Shown here: piece by piece, positions 1 to 12,313 of the stretch
How the letters are laid out: every line of letters begins with the position of its first letter
Numbering within the stretch: the first letter of the stretch is position 1
Source of the DNA: Saccostrea echinata
Taxonomy: Eukaryota
DNA: 64,000 nucleotides
Reading direction: 5' to 3'
NCBI RefSeq assembly: GCF_033153115.1
Contig: NW_026889803.1
Span: 32,612,001 to 32,676,000 of the forward strand
The notes under the pieces: model-generated
The model's input: only the letters and a program-made list of their open reading frames with translations
Databases searched by the model: none
What the model was told of the DNA's origin: nothing
Translations under genes and position numbers: made by a program

Positions 1-25
1 GTGCTAGCATATGAGAGAAGTATAT

Positions 26-518
26 TACATTTATTTAAAGTTTAAATCTTAATTTAAACTTATCTATATCTAACAAAATCGCATCTTCTTGTGCCTTTCC
101 GGTAAGCTCGGAAAAACAAGTCATATGCCTATTTACACGCGGTGAGCAAATTTTTATACGTATATGCAAATTTTCACCTGGGTGTATTTTAGTGCTATGA
201 ACGAGGGGTAATCAAGATTTGCACATGATGTATTTTTACTCCTAATGCAAAATTTACATATTAAACCAGACCAGGTGCAAATTATCTTTTACATACGAGT
301 TACTTCTGGTGTATTTCCAGACATGCAACGCATAGCAAAATTAAAACAAGGCTAGAAATATTGAAATTGTCTATAAAATTTAGCATCATCGATTTCGTTA
401 AAAAATGCATCTTTTTCATAATAGTTTAAATCTAAAGTTTAAACTTACCTATTAGTTATAGAAACTATCTAGATAGTAACAGATAAGTTTAAACTTAAGA
501 TTTAAACTTTTAATGTAA
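26..518. mobile_element. Degenerate MITE-like element with ~40-bp terminal inverted repeats
   Basis: ttacatttatttaaagtttaaatcttaatttaaacttatct (26-66) is the near reverse complement of agataagtttaaacttaagatttaaacttttaatgtaa (481-518). Confidence 0.45.
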
Positions 519-858
519 CAGTAGAGTAAACATTGACCTTCTATTGTATTATTAAGAACAGTTATTATTTTAAGTAGCATTTAATCAAGAAATGGCAATG
601 TTCTTCTTTGTACATGGGAGAAATATTGAGTCGAGGAGCAACTAGAAAGCCCAAACAAGTATTTACAAAATATTTTGAAATTGACAACTTAATACTAATT
701 TACATACAGTTTGAGAATGCATGTGAACGCATCGCAATAATTACGTGTACACACACCAAGAGCATGTAAAATTTACACCCATAATAATAAATGAGGGTAT
801 GTGAATGAGGCTTTAAATAAGGGAAGTTAATAAAACAAATAAGTAAATGTCACATTAC

Positions 859-1447
859 CTCTACAGCGTTCCACCTAGCACAGAATTGCTTCTTTGGGTG
901 CCGAGGACAGTCCTTCCCGGGGGTGGCTTTAGGGTCGGTGGGTTGTGTAGTCAACGATTCTAAAGATTCTAGTACGATTGACTGTAAAGAAATTTTCATA
1001 ATAACTGATAATAAACTTTAAGAATTTGAACAAACATTTAATAGACGAAGGGGGATGTTTTCAGACTAGAATATAGATGTCAATTTTGACCATACCTCCC
1101 ACATACCCTACTGAATTACTTACGTATTCCTTCTCAGTCCTGAGAAAGGAAGAAATCTGGCGCTCAAGATCTGTGAAAATGCTTGCATCCTGAAATTATG
1201 AACTTTAAGAATCAGCAACTTTATAAACATTCATATAAAACGGCATATCAAAATCTAAATCTATTATTTCTAGTATTTAAAAATTTTAGATAATGACAAT
1301 AAGATCCAAAAATGGATGGACGGACATCCTCGCAACTTCTGAGGTCCCGAGTCCAAATCAAGGCTCTTGGACGTGTGGACTCTGGAACCCTGACGATTTG
1401 AAGATGGCAGATGGGATACTCACTATACACTTTTTAGTTGACTCCAT
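859..1447 (-). CDS. 5' coding exons of an unidentified gene with a DH/RhoGEF-like first helix; continues leftward
   Basis: Three phase-0 exons with GT/AG sites (1447-1424, 1189-1124, 981-859) join as MESTKKCI|DASIFTDLERQISSFLRTEKEY|SIVLESLESLTTQPTDPKATPGKDCPRHPKKQFCARWNAVE. FLRTEKEYxxxLExL resembles DH-domain CR1 (LLxTExxYVxxL). Product call is tentative. Confidence 0.5.
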
Positions 1448-3751
1448 GAGGACGTGATTTACATTTCAAAGCTAAATCATAAATGTTTTCCCCAAATACA
1501 TGTATACTACCAAAACACACACACACAAATGAGATGGACGTCCATCCCAGTTTCTTACATATGTAGATCAGTGAGCTACAGATCTGCAGCTTTTGGGACA
1601 TGAATACGGAGACAGGGATTGTTGAAGTCGTATAAGCAATATAAGTGTATAATTTGATAAATAACATGTTCATCGACTTTTAGTGCACATGTAAAAAGTA
1701 AGTCTTTAAAAGCAAAATTATTTTTGACAGTGTGTTCAGTAGTTTTAGTATAATCAGTATATATGCATTACACCCCCAACCCACCCTTCATTTTATTTTA
1801 TTTTGAGTCATAGGAATCTCGTATTCCAGTTTTCAAATAAATTTACATTCTCTTTATTCTTGATATAATGTTTACAGCTAAACGTAATAATATGTCTACA
1901 GACATCTTAGGTTTTGATTGACGGAACAGTTTATCTTTCTGAACGCCTACATACAAACATTGCCTAAAATTTAAAATTGTTAATCGATGCTTTACCGTCT
2001 TATCCATGATTTCATGCATCGCTTTTTCTGTTTAGGTTGTTCAGAAAACACTTGTTTCCAAAATTTGTTAGGAGCAAGATAAGCACATCTGCTTACTTCG
2101 CCTTTCTAACAAGGAATGAAGTGTAATTATAACGTAACTATATTGAGCTAAGCAACAGCGACGTCATCAACCAATCAACCAATAAAAAATCAAGATCTAA
2201 AAATAGGTTGCTATACTGAATGTTTGTTCATTTGGAAAAGAGAAATTATTGAAAAAGAAGTCCGAATACTTACCGACACTTTAAAAATGACTGTTGATCA
2301 ATGTTTATTTTGTGTGTATATTATGACTTAATAAGAATATTGAAAGTGGATACTTTGGCGGATTTTTCCGACTTTGACAGGAAAAAGAAATAGGCTATAC
2401 TCTTGCTGCACCGTTTTTTTCCCCCTAATTTATTTATTTATATATTTTCTCATTTGTGTATGGAAAGGCCATTACTACATAACCTTCATCCGAATATACC
2501 TAGAGATATTTAAAAAATTAATCAGACCCACCAACTTTAAACCATTTCATTTGACTTTTCAGTCGTTCTAAATCAGAACAAACTTCTTGTTTTAGAAAGA
2601 ACTGAATTAATCGGAATTCCTAAAAAGTCTATAAAGTGTGATTTACCATCTTATTTTCACTTTCAGGCATTTCCTTGACTTGATAGTCAGTTCAGTTAGT
2701 AGCTAATGCAGAAGTTTTCGAGTTATCGTGAAACACGTCCGATCGCTTCTAGTTGTCCGCTAGAAATGAGCCGTTACCAACAACAAAAACACGATTCTAA
2801 AGTCACGATGACGTCATAATGGAGTAACGCAAGCCAATAAAAAGAAAGGTTTCAAGCTCCAATATTTTGTTTTCGTAAAAATTGAAAACCTCTCAACTCT
2901 TTAAGGTATGTATATGTAGTATGCGGATCTACTACACGAAAATCATTACGAGAAAAGGTTTGTTCTGAAAATTTGCCATAATCTTCATAAATATTTACAA
3001 GATGTCATCTGAATAATTTAGAAGTTTGCGTATGTAGAATGCAAAACATGTATCGCTAAACAGTACAGTATCGCATTTACACTGTACATACTTGTATAAA
3101 AACTAATATTAAAGAAAATGCATTTAGGGTGGCAGGGGATTGCTGGATCTGCTTTTCAAGTATTCGAATTTCCCACTCTAATATATCGTTTTCTCACAAA
3201 GTAGCAATTTCTATACATGAAATTCTTTTAGCGCTCAACATTATTGTTGTATCTGAGAGACCAGATTTTTTATAGACCAGAAGAAAAAAAACTCATTAAT
3301 GAATAGTCATTAGATATCAAAAAGTTTTTAGAATGAAAATTTACCAACATGCCCACGGCATCGCTGTGATCAAACCACTGAGATTTCACTTGGGCGTCGA
3401 ATTAATTACTATCCGTGTAATATCTGATATGTAATATTGCAACAATTGATATGGAAAATATTTCCAAGATCAAGAAGATAAATACGAATTCTTTGGTTTG
3501 TTGCAAAAGGTTTGTCAATGCTTTATGGATATAACTCTGCTTTATCGATACTTTTTAAGCTGTTTTAGTCTGCATGGATAAATAAATTTGTTATTCATTT
3601 CAAATTCCTAAATACCTATGGCTAGGAAGAAAATTAATCACAACTGAAATTTAAACTCTCTCTCTCTCTCTCTCTCTCTGAGAGCGAGATGTTAAACATT
3701 TTTTGTTGTTGCCCCCCCCCTTTTTTGTAATGATATATAAAACAGTGTTTT

Positions 3752-4664
3752 TTAGCTCTACTGGTCAGAGACCAGAAGAGCTTATGCGATAGTAAGGTGT
3801 CCGTCGTCCGTCCGTCTGTCTGTCTGTCTGTCTGTCCGTCTGTCTGTAAACAATTTTTCAAAACGCTACTCCTCCTACAGTTTTAGTCCGATTTCAATAT
3901 AACTTGGCACACAAGTAGACTACACTAAGATACATAATTTAGTGCATCGGTTTTTGATTTCCATGGACGGTGTTGCCATGGTTACTAAAAATAGAAATTT
4001 CTGTGAAATTCCTTTAAAACGCTACTCCTCCTACAGTTTTGGTCCGATTTCAATATAACTTGGCACACAAGTAGACTACACTAAGATACATAATTTAGTG
4101 CATCGGTTTTTGATTTCCATGGACGGTGTTGCCATGGTTACTAAAAATAGAAATTTCTGTGAAATTCCTTTAAAACACTACTCCTGCTACAGTTTAAGTC
4201 TGCTTCTAATTTAATTAGGCATACAAGAAGACTATACTAAGATACATAATTTATTGCATCGGTTTTTGAATTCGATGAACAGTGTTGCCATGGTTACTTA
4301 AAATAGAAATTTCTTTGAAATTCCTTTAAAACGTTACTCCTCCTACAATTTTGGTCTGATTTCAATCTAATTTGGCACACAGTTAGAATACACTACGATA
4401 CATAATATGTATTTCTGTTTTTTTTTTAATTTGGGTGAATGGTGTTGTCATGGTTACTAAAAATAGAAATTTCCGTGAAATACTTTCAAAACGCTACTAC
4501 TCCTAGTTTTCATTTGATTTCAATATAACTTGTCACAAAAGTAGACTACATTAAGATACATAATTCTATTTATTGTTGCATGTTGCAATGTTTCAAATCC
4601 AAGTGCTACTTTTCTTTTGTTATACAGACCAGTAGAGCTACAGTCTCATCAGAGACTTCTGGTT
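3752..4664 (+). mobile_element. Non-autonomous Helentron (HINE/DINE-1-like) with central 156-bp tandem array
   Basis: Subterminal IR tagctctactggt / accagtagagcta; (gtct/gtcc)n microsatellite; ~4.6 copies of a 156-bp unit (starts 3863, 4019, 4175, 4331, 4491); 3' hairpin agtctc-atca-gagact; T-rich flanks. Confidence 0.85.
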
Positions 4665-4844
4665 TTTTGTTTGTTTGTTTGTTTGTTTTTTTTTTTTTAC
4701 AAATGTAAGGCATATGTAACACAGAGGAGAACTGAATGACGAATGAATGAACCAAAACAAACAGTACAGTGTATCCTTCCTCGGAAATTGTAATTATCTA
4801 CTTAACTTAGAAACCTGGAATTAGATCCTCCTCTTTATATCCTG

Positions 4845-4942
4845 AGGCCTGTTCAACAGAGCGAACGTTCGAGAGCGCTCGCCAAAATTCCTTATCGTTC
4901 CAACAGAAATGTTCGCGAGCGCTCGCTGTGTTGAACATGCCT
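4845..4942. mobile_element. 98-bp PIF/Harbinger-type MITE
   Basis: TIR aggcctgttcaacagagcga / tcgctgtgttgaacatgcct (18/20), CTG 3-bp TSD on both sides. Confidence 0.7.
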
Positions 4943-5322
4943 CTGGTGTAAACGGTTTTAATTAAGATGCATGCATGCAATATCTTAGTATTTTATGAAA
5001 TGATAAACACACATGTAATAGTAAGTAGATTGAACTTCATTTCACATATTAACTCGTTACACAATAATGAAAACAATCTACTTGTACCATTTTAGAGGAA
5101 TTTTTTGAGAGATTTATTGAAAGCAATGCTCGGAAATATGAAATCTGTGATATTAGGCCAGTTAAACCCAGGACGTAATTTATACCAGATATTATACCAG
5201 AGATATCTATATTCTGTTATTTATGCCTCCGTGTTATACCAAAATGAATTGAAAACAAAATTACATTAATTGTTTAGTTTTCTACGGAGGCCTCAAAAGA
5301 TTGCCTAGACATCATATACAAC

Positions 5323-5420
5323 TGTCTTTCACTAATTAACAATTTTCAATTGCCAATGAGTACATGACTAATTAGTCATGTACTCGTTGGCAATTGAAAA
5401 TTGTTTAATAGTGAAAGACA
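5323..5420. repeat. 98-bp spacerless palindrome
   Basis: 49-bp arms centred on actaa|ttagt (5371/5372), ~3 mismatches. Confidence 0.9.
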
Positions 5421-5521
5421 CAGCAGTGATCTACGACTTTGTCATGGTTACCAGCAGTAAGCACATGATGGACAGATACGCTAACGTTCACTACTTACGA
5501 GGTATAACAAACACATCTTCA

Positions 5522-5559
<38 letters not shown>

Positions 5560-5887
5560 AGAAAATGTGACATGTGCACGTGACTGTCTCCAATAGTAGT
5601 TGTCGATAAAGAAAAAATAAATAGCAGACTTGACCAGCAAATAAGGAAGTATTTTATTTAGAGAAGATTTAAGTTTTAAATTTTTTCGACAAAAAATTCA
5701 CATTTACGTATCAGATTGTATAAGGAATATGCTAATTTATGTTCAGTTGTTATTTTTAAAGATTCACAGAAAATAATCAGTCATGCGAATATGAATGTCA
5801 GCTTGTCGAAAACATGACAAGTCGAATCATATAAAAAAAATGAGATAATACAAAATATACATATGCCTTGTTAAAAAATGATTAAAG

Positions 5888-5930
<43 letters not shown>

Positions 5931-6129
5931 ACCAAACAACAAACAAACATGATTATTTAATCCAAGTCCATCTAAATGAATGCCTTACAAATAGAACAAA
6001 ATTAACACTTTTTCACAGACTGGTGTAGTTTTTATTCTGACGATAGTATACAGAATGAAATCTTGAGTTTTTTAGTCCGAGGAGGGATTGTCACATTGCT
6101 TGTATCTTTGTTCTTTGTAGCCCATCGTA

Positions 6130-6492
6130 ATTTTTTTTCCAAGAAAATGCATTTTACTTCCATTCATAATATGTCATATTATGTCGATTCGATATATCCC
6201 AGTTAGCTTGAAATAAAAAAAAAATACCACAGAGTCTGACCCATCTGTTTCATATTTGGATATTTAACTAGAAAAAGACGTTAATGGTAACCAAACAACC
6301 AAGGTGATGACTTCAACTTTTCAACCGTCAACTTCCCTTACTTACGCAGCAATCACCTGCATATGGGGTTTATGTCTCTCAGTTGATTCGATACACAAGA
6401 GCATGCTCTACGTATGAACAATTTTTAAAATGAGGCAAGCTATTGACAAACAAGTTTATGAAACAAGAATATCAACAGTCTCATTTAAAGTC
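6130..6492 (+). mobile_element. Degenerate Penelope-like retroelement RT fragment
   Basis: Decayed reading IYPSxLEIK..TTESDPSVSYLDI..DDFNFSxVNFPYL..PAYGVYVSQLIRYxRACS, typical of the C-terminal RT region of Penelope-like elements; stops and deletions present. Confidence 0.7.
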
Positions 6493-6925
6493 AGTGTGAT
6501 AAATGTAGCGACAGTGCTAGTATAATCACAATGTTTCTTTAATACATTTTTTTTAAAAATAAATTTGTGCTTTGATATGGTCCCCGATTGTTGTAAGACG
6601 ATGTTTAGTGCCGTATACAAGTTATTTTCTTCGCTGTTTAAGACTTTAGTGTTGTTATAATGTTAAACTAACTGTTACCGATAGTTTACTTTGGTGCATG
6701 TATACAGGATCATATAATTAAAACTCTGAATATTTATCTATTAAATTGTTACCTGGCATGTTTTCGCCACATGGTTGTTTTTCCGGAAGTGTGATTTCCC
6801 ATAATGCAATTTTTTAAGATGTGAAAAGTTGTAAGCGGCGATTTATTTAAATTGTATGCCAATATTTCTTTAATTATTTCATTATGTTGTTTTACTTGTT
6901 TATATTTTCTTGTGAAACATTGGCA

Positions 6926-6961
<36 letters not shown>

Positions 6962-7442
6962 CTTGGGATTTGGGGTACCTCTATCGTGTATCGCCTGTGA
7001 TTGGTTGATGATCAGTGGGCGATGTATCTGATTGGTTAGCTTATTTTGTGTCATTTCATAGTATCTGTAGTAAGAACGCGGACTTGCAGCAGTTGAATAG
7101 TAGACTACACCACTGTATCAAGGTGTGTTTAATTTAGTTCTTTTGGGTTAAGTTTGATAATATTAAGTGGTGTAGGGGAAAACTTTATTCAGAGATTGAA
7201 TTATGTCTATTTACAAGTATAATACTGGTTTAAATAGATTCTCAAGTTTACTGGTTTATTACCTGTTGGGAAATATATTTCCCAGAATTAAGGAATTTTC
7301 CCCAGAATATTTATTAGGTCTAAGGTACAGGTGTAGTTAGACTTGCACATGGAATATTCATTACTGCATGGATGAGGCACCAGTTATAGATGTTTTTATT
7401 AGTATAGAAAACACCAGCGATTTTGTGAAAATTAAACGGTAT

Positions 7443-8990
7443 TGTTTCCCAAGGTTCTGTTCTTGGGTCTTTACTTTTTTTTAGTATATATAAATGACCT
7501 ACCATGTGGACTCTCAGGTCTCTCTAGACTATTTGCTGATGACACATCTGTGTCAAACACATCTAAAAACTTCAAGGACTTAGAAAAACTTACTAACCAT
7601 GATCTAGGAAAAATTAATCAATGGTCAAAAAACTGGCTTGTAAAATTTATTTCTGAAAAAAACTCCCAAAATATTAATATTTGGCTGTAGTGAAGATGAA
7701 GTATCCAAACTAAGCTATAAGTTTGACAGTCAAGAAATCATTCCATCTTCTACTCACTGTCAAGTTGAACTTGCGTTTTCGAATTCTGGGAAATGGACAA
7801 ACCACATTGATAATATTATTAAAAAGGCTTCAAAAGAAATTGCAGTTCTTAGAAAATTGAAATTATCATTAAATCGTGATTTTTTTTTAAACAAAGACGT
7901 ATATTACATTTATTAAGCCCTTATTTGAATATGCATCAGAAGTATGGGATGATATTTCCGCAGCTGACTGTGAAAGGCTAGAGAAAATTTAATGAGAAGC
8001 TGCACGTATTGTAACTGGACTTCCTATTTACTCTCCCCGTAGTCTGATTAAAACCAGCCCCCGTTCTCCTTTCACTCGCCTGACGAGTGAAAGAGAAGGG
8101 GGGGGGGGTGGTTTTAATCAGACTGCTCTCCCCGTAACTCTTTATATTATGAAACAGGATGGGAAACACTTGCTTATAGACGAGAAAAGAAAAAGTTATG
8201 TTTAATCTTTAAAATAAAACATGGTCTCGCCTCAGAGTATTTTTCGAATCTATTACCTCCTGAAGTCTCACAAACAACCCAGTATGATTTACGAAATTGT
8301 AATAATATTGTTATACCCAAATGTAGAACGAACTTATTAAAAAAAACTCCTTCTTTCCATCTTCAATATCATTATGGAACGCCTTGCCTTCTGAAATCAG
8401 AAACTTTGAAACTGTAAATGCTTTCAAAAATAAGACTTCTTAAATGTGAATCTCCCCCAAATTATTTTTCTTATGGTGATAAAAAAACAAACTCAATTTT
8501 AACTAGAATGAGACACAATGTAAGCATCCTTAAGTCAGATTTATTTAAGGTTAGGCTTTCAGATAACACTCAGTGTTCTTGTGGATATACCAATGAACAC
8601 ACTGAACACTTTTTTTTGTATTGTAAAAATTATGCTGAAATAAGAGCAGAACTATTTCACACTATAAGAAATAACAAAGAAACAATAGACCTTGACACAA
8701 TTCTATTTGGGGACCCAAACTTGGGACAACAAAATAATATGAACAATGTTAAAGAGGTACACAAATATATTAAAAAAATCGAAAAGATTTTTATGAATAA
8801 CCAGCGTAACAATTCTGTGTCTATTACAACCCCTTTCCTTTCTTTCTTTGCACCCCCCTTTTCTTATTTCCCTGCACTTTTTTTGTATTGTACATTTGTT
8901 TGTTGTACATCACGTGTATATGTATATGTCATTTTGTTTGTGTTGGAGAGGACAATTCTAAGTTGGTAAAACTTGTGTCCAATCCTTTTG
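7443..8990 (+). mobile_element. Decayed 5'-truncated CR1/L2-group LINE (RT C-terminal half)
   Basis: Frameshifted QGSVLG..LFLVYINDLP..LFADDT motifs; later YASEVWD and CSCG..EHTEHFFLYC Zn-knuckle; multiple stops. Confidence 0.8.
8040..8125. mobile_element. 86-bp Academ-like non-autonomous DNA transposon inside the LINE
   Basis: TIR (t)agtctgattaaaacca / tggttttaatcagact(g); perfect 9-bp TSD ctctccccg (8031-8039, 8126-8134); YAG..CTR ends. Confidence 0.7.
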
Positions 8991-8996
8991 ATTATG

Positions 8997-9040
8997 CATG
9001 GCCGTAGGAACCGGGGGGGGGGGGCAGGGCAGGGGGGTCC
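8997..9040 (+). mobile_element. Solo left end of the hAT5-like MITE family
   Basis: catggccgtaggaaccgggg matches the left ends at 34024 and 55790; no right TIR seen. Confidence 0.6.
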
Positions 9041-10058
9041 AGAGAGTCCAGAAATAGGTGCTGAAGTGGGTGACAGTTTTCTTCTCATTGTAGAATTTAT
9101 GTATATAGGTGTATTACGTTTTTTTAAACATGGTTATCTCCATGTTTCGTCTTAAATATATGCTCACTAACTCGCATTTTATTTATCTCCCGTAAGAGTT
9201 ATCTCTTCTTATCAGTGGGTCAATGAACCTTAATTATTTAGCCGAATTAATTAATAATTTAACATTATGATAATAATTCTATTTTGAAACTGCAAGCCTT
9301 TCCCCTTTCTATCAAGAAGAATTAATATTGTTTGATTTTAAACATTAAATTATTTGGAAATTAAGTTTTATGAGTCTTACATATGCCTACGCATTTTTTT
9401 TTTTTTATCATTGTCGATTTTTCAGATTTTATGTTATTTATTATAAAGTACAGAGGACACTGAAATTCCGATACGACAATACCTCAAAATTGAAGTAAAT
9501 GTATATAGAGAGGGTTTTGTGAACGATGAGGTCACAGCACATTTTTACTTATATTTATGAAGCATAAGCATTGTAAAGAGTGGAAGTCATTTTATGTGTG
9601 TGTGTTGTTGTTTTTTTTAACTTGATGATTCAGTGAGAATTGATGTTAATGTCACTTGACAGCAATTAGCGTCTCTGTTTTCTTTACCTTAGATTCCACC
9701 ATTATATTTTTAAAGGGCCTTCATTTTTGCGTAACCATGTTCTCAATTTAAATCTAAATTGTAACCTCACAGAGACAGTGACTGAACTTAAATCTCATAG
9801 AATTTGATAGTAAGCCATTGTAATCAAAAAGTATACAATAATATTTATCGTTGTGCACCTTATTTAGGTCATCTGAATCTTTATGAACAAACTTATTGCT
9901 GATATCCAGTGTGTATTGTTTACAAAACATTCAAGAAATCAACAGATACCTGTCGAATTGTATAATTTTGCAACGTGATCGCGCTCTGCTTAAAGTACGC
10001 ATTGACAATTGAAGGTTAATCTTTGAACTTTGAGCCCTTGAAAGGTGACTCCGAATGC

Positions 10059-10066
10059 TATAAAAG
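10059..10066 (+). promoter_or_regulatory. TATA box, ferritin copy 1
   Basis: TATAAAAG followed by cagacgacagacat, conserved in copy 2 (31365); ~30 nt upstream of the IRE. Confidence 0.8.
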
Positions 10067-10094
10067 CAGACGACAGACATATTCACGCCATACC

Positions 10095-10126
10095 TTGTCT
10101 TGCTGCGTCAGTGAACGTACGGACAA
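10095..10126 (+). promoter_or_regulatory. Iron-responsive element (IRE), ferritin copy 1 5' UTR
   Basis: ttgtct-tgc-tgcgt-CAGTGA-acgta-c-ggacaa: CAGUGN loop, 5-bp upper stem, UGC/C bulge, lower stem. Confidence 0.96.
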
Positions 10127-10201
10127 ACCAAAAATTCTTAAATCCATCTTAATACAAGATATTTTTATTTTACCATCAACAAAAGGAAATTAACACCAAC
10201 A

Positions 10202-11317
10202 ATGGCAGAGGCACAGTGTCGTCAAAATTTCCACCAAGAGAGCGAAGCTGGCATCAACCGCCAGATCAACATGGAGCTGTATGCCTCCTATACCTACCAA
10301 TCCATGGTAAGTCTATCTGCTTCAATAACCTGATTTCAAATACTCATTTTTGCTTTTTTTTAACTTGAAAGTTCAAGAAAATGTTTTGAATTTTCTATTG
10401 ACGTAGAAATGTAGTTTGTAAAAATGTAGGAATTCCACTCAAGGAATCAACACAACTTTAGATAACGTATATAGGTTTTTTTTTATCTCCTCTCATATCA
10501 CCGTCCAAATTACGATTTAAAAATTTGTCGTCTGCTTGTTGTAGTCCTTCTACTTCGATCGTGATGATGTGGCTCTCCCTGGATTCAGCAAGTTCTTCAA
10601 GAAAGCTTCTGACGAGGAGCGAGAACACGCCGAGAGGCTGATGAAGTACCAGAATAAGAGAGGGGGACGCATCGTCCTCCAGGACATCAAGGTCAGTAGT
10701 ACGGGTATACTCAAAGTCAAATGAAATTTATAAAGTGGGACACAGAACGTGTATTGTATCACAGTATACAATCAAGGAATATTTACGAAAATATAGATTG
10801 GCATTGTAGCCGAAAATAGCTGCAGATTTCTAGCTCGTGGTCTGAAAAAAAATGTGATGGACGACCAGATCCAGTTTTTTCATACCAGCGAGCAACATAT
10901 CTGCAGCTAAGCCAAAAATTGATACTAGTATAGTGTTTTAATTTTTTGCTATGATGCTTTATAGAAACCCGACCGTGATGAGTGGGGTACTGGCCTGGAT
11001 GCCATGCAGGTGGCGCTTCAGCTGGAGAAGACTGTGAACCAGTCTCTTCTTGACCTTCACAAGGTCGCCGACTCCCACAAGGATGCACAGGTAAAATAAA
11101 TACGTAGTTTACACGCTTGACAATGTAATAGCTTTTAAAAGTTTACATTGCTTTTAAACATAAATCCGATGAATTACAGATGACTGACTTCATCGAAACG
11201 CATTACTTGGAGGAGCAAGTGGACGCCATCAAAGAGATTTCAGACCACATCACGCAGCTGAAGAGAGTCGGAAGTGGATTGGGAGAGTATGAATACGACC
11301 GCCGTCTTGACTCTTAA
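10202..11317 (+). CDS. Ferritin, cytosolic H-type (soma ferritin), copy 1, 171 aa
   Basis: Exons 10202-10306, 10545-10691, 10965-11090, 11180-11317, all phase 0, [34 protein letters not shown]...EYDRRLDS. Ferroxidase residues E25, Y32, E59, E60, H63, E105, Q139 intact. AATAAA at 11492. Confidence 0.97.
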
Positions 11318-12313
11318 AGGTCAAAGTTCAAAAGGACACTCAGTTATACACCCTTTAAAATTAAAAAAAAAAACTTTTTTGGGACATTGAAAGCTGGAAA
11401 ATGTAAACAATTTTGTTATTTTTTAATAGATTAGTGGGAAAAAAGAAAATATAAGAATATGGGTGTAAAAAATGTTTGAAAAAAAAAAACAAATAAAAAT
11501 TGTAAAAATTTACTTTGTGCTTCATTATTTTATATATAGCACAGAAAATGTGATGTTCTGTTCTAAATAGTCAATACTTAAGAGCAAAAATACACATCAA
11601 CACTCTCATACAGTTGCGGTAACCTATATAATTATTGAAACTATTGATAAATAGATTGCAGCAGGTGTTTTACGTCGTATGTTCCAGCTTCAGGGCCTTG
11701 CACACTAATACCTTTTATATGACAGAAGTGCAAATATTTTAAAAAAAATCGATTTCACTTGCACTTTAAAACTGACTAAATATAATACTTTGTTAAAACT
11801 TCGATGTTTTGCCCATTAGACAGGAGGACTAGGATCATCAAGTCTTGAAAGTTACTGCATCTGCGGCCTTAGGGTGCAAACAATTCCAAAAATAGGCCAT
11901 TGCGATATACTTTTGTAAATCTGCAGCGATATTTATATATGAAGGCTAGAATTATCAAACTTTTTAAAGCCATATATATGGCGTATCTGAGCTATTATAA
12001 TTAAAACAATAATACGAAATTGAGTGTATATAATGATATTTGTTATATACGCTGAAATTAAAACTCTCACCGATTTTGAACTGGAAAAGCTGATATTTCT
12101 ATGGTTAAATTGGCTTTAAATGTTGTTGTAATTGTGTTGAATATCTGGAATTTTACTTTTTCATTTTTTTTTAGATAGATGTCTTTGATACATACTACAT
12201 GTATGAGGTCAAGGATCTCTATAACTTGCACCTTTGAATGTAATGTAGTACAAGGATACTTCTGATTTTTTGCTTGTTCTACAATTTACCTGAGGAACGT
12301 TTCTAGGCCCCTG

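Noticed and set aside
5378-7054. Poly-Lys ORFs (5378-5596, 6749-7054)
   Set aside because: Produced by poly-A/T tracts; no coding signature
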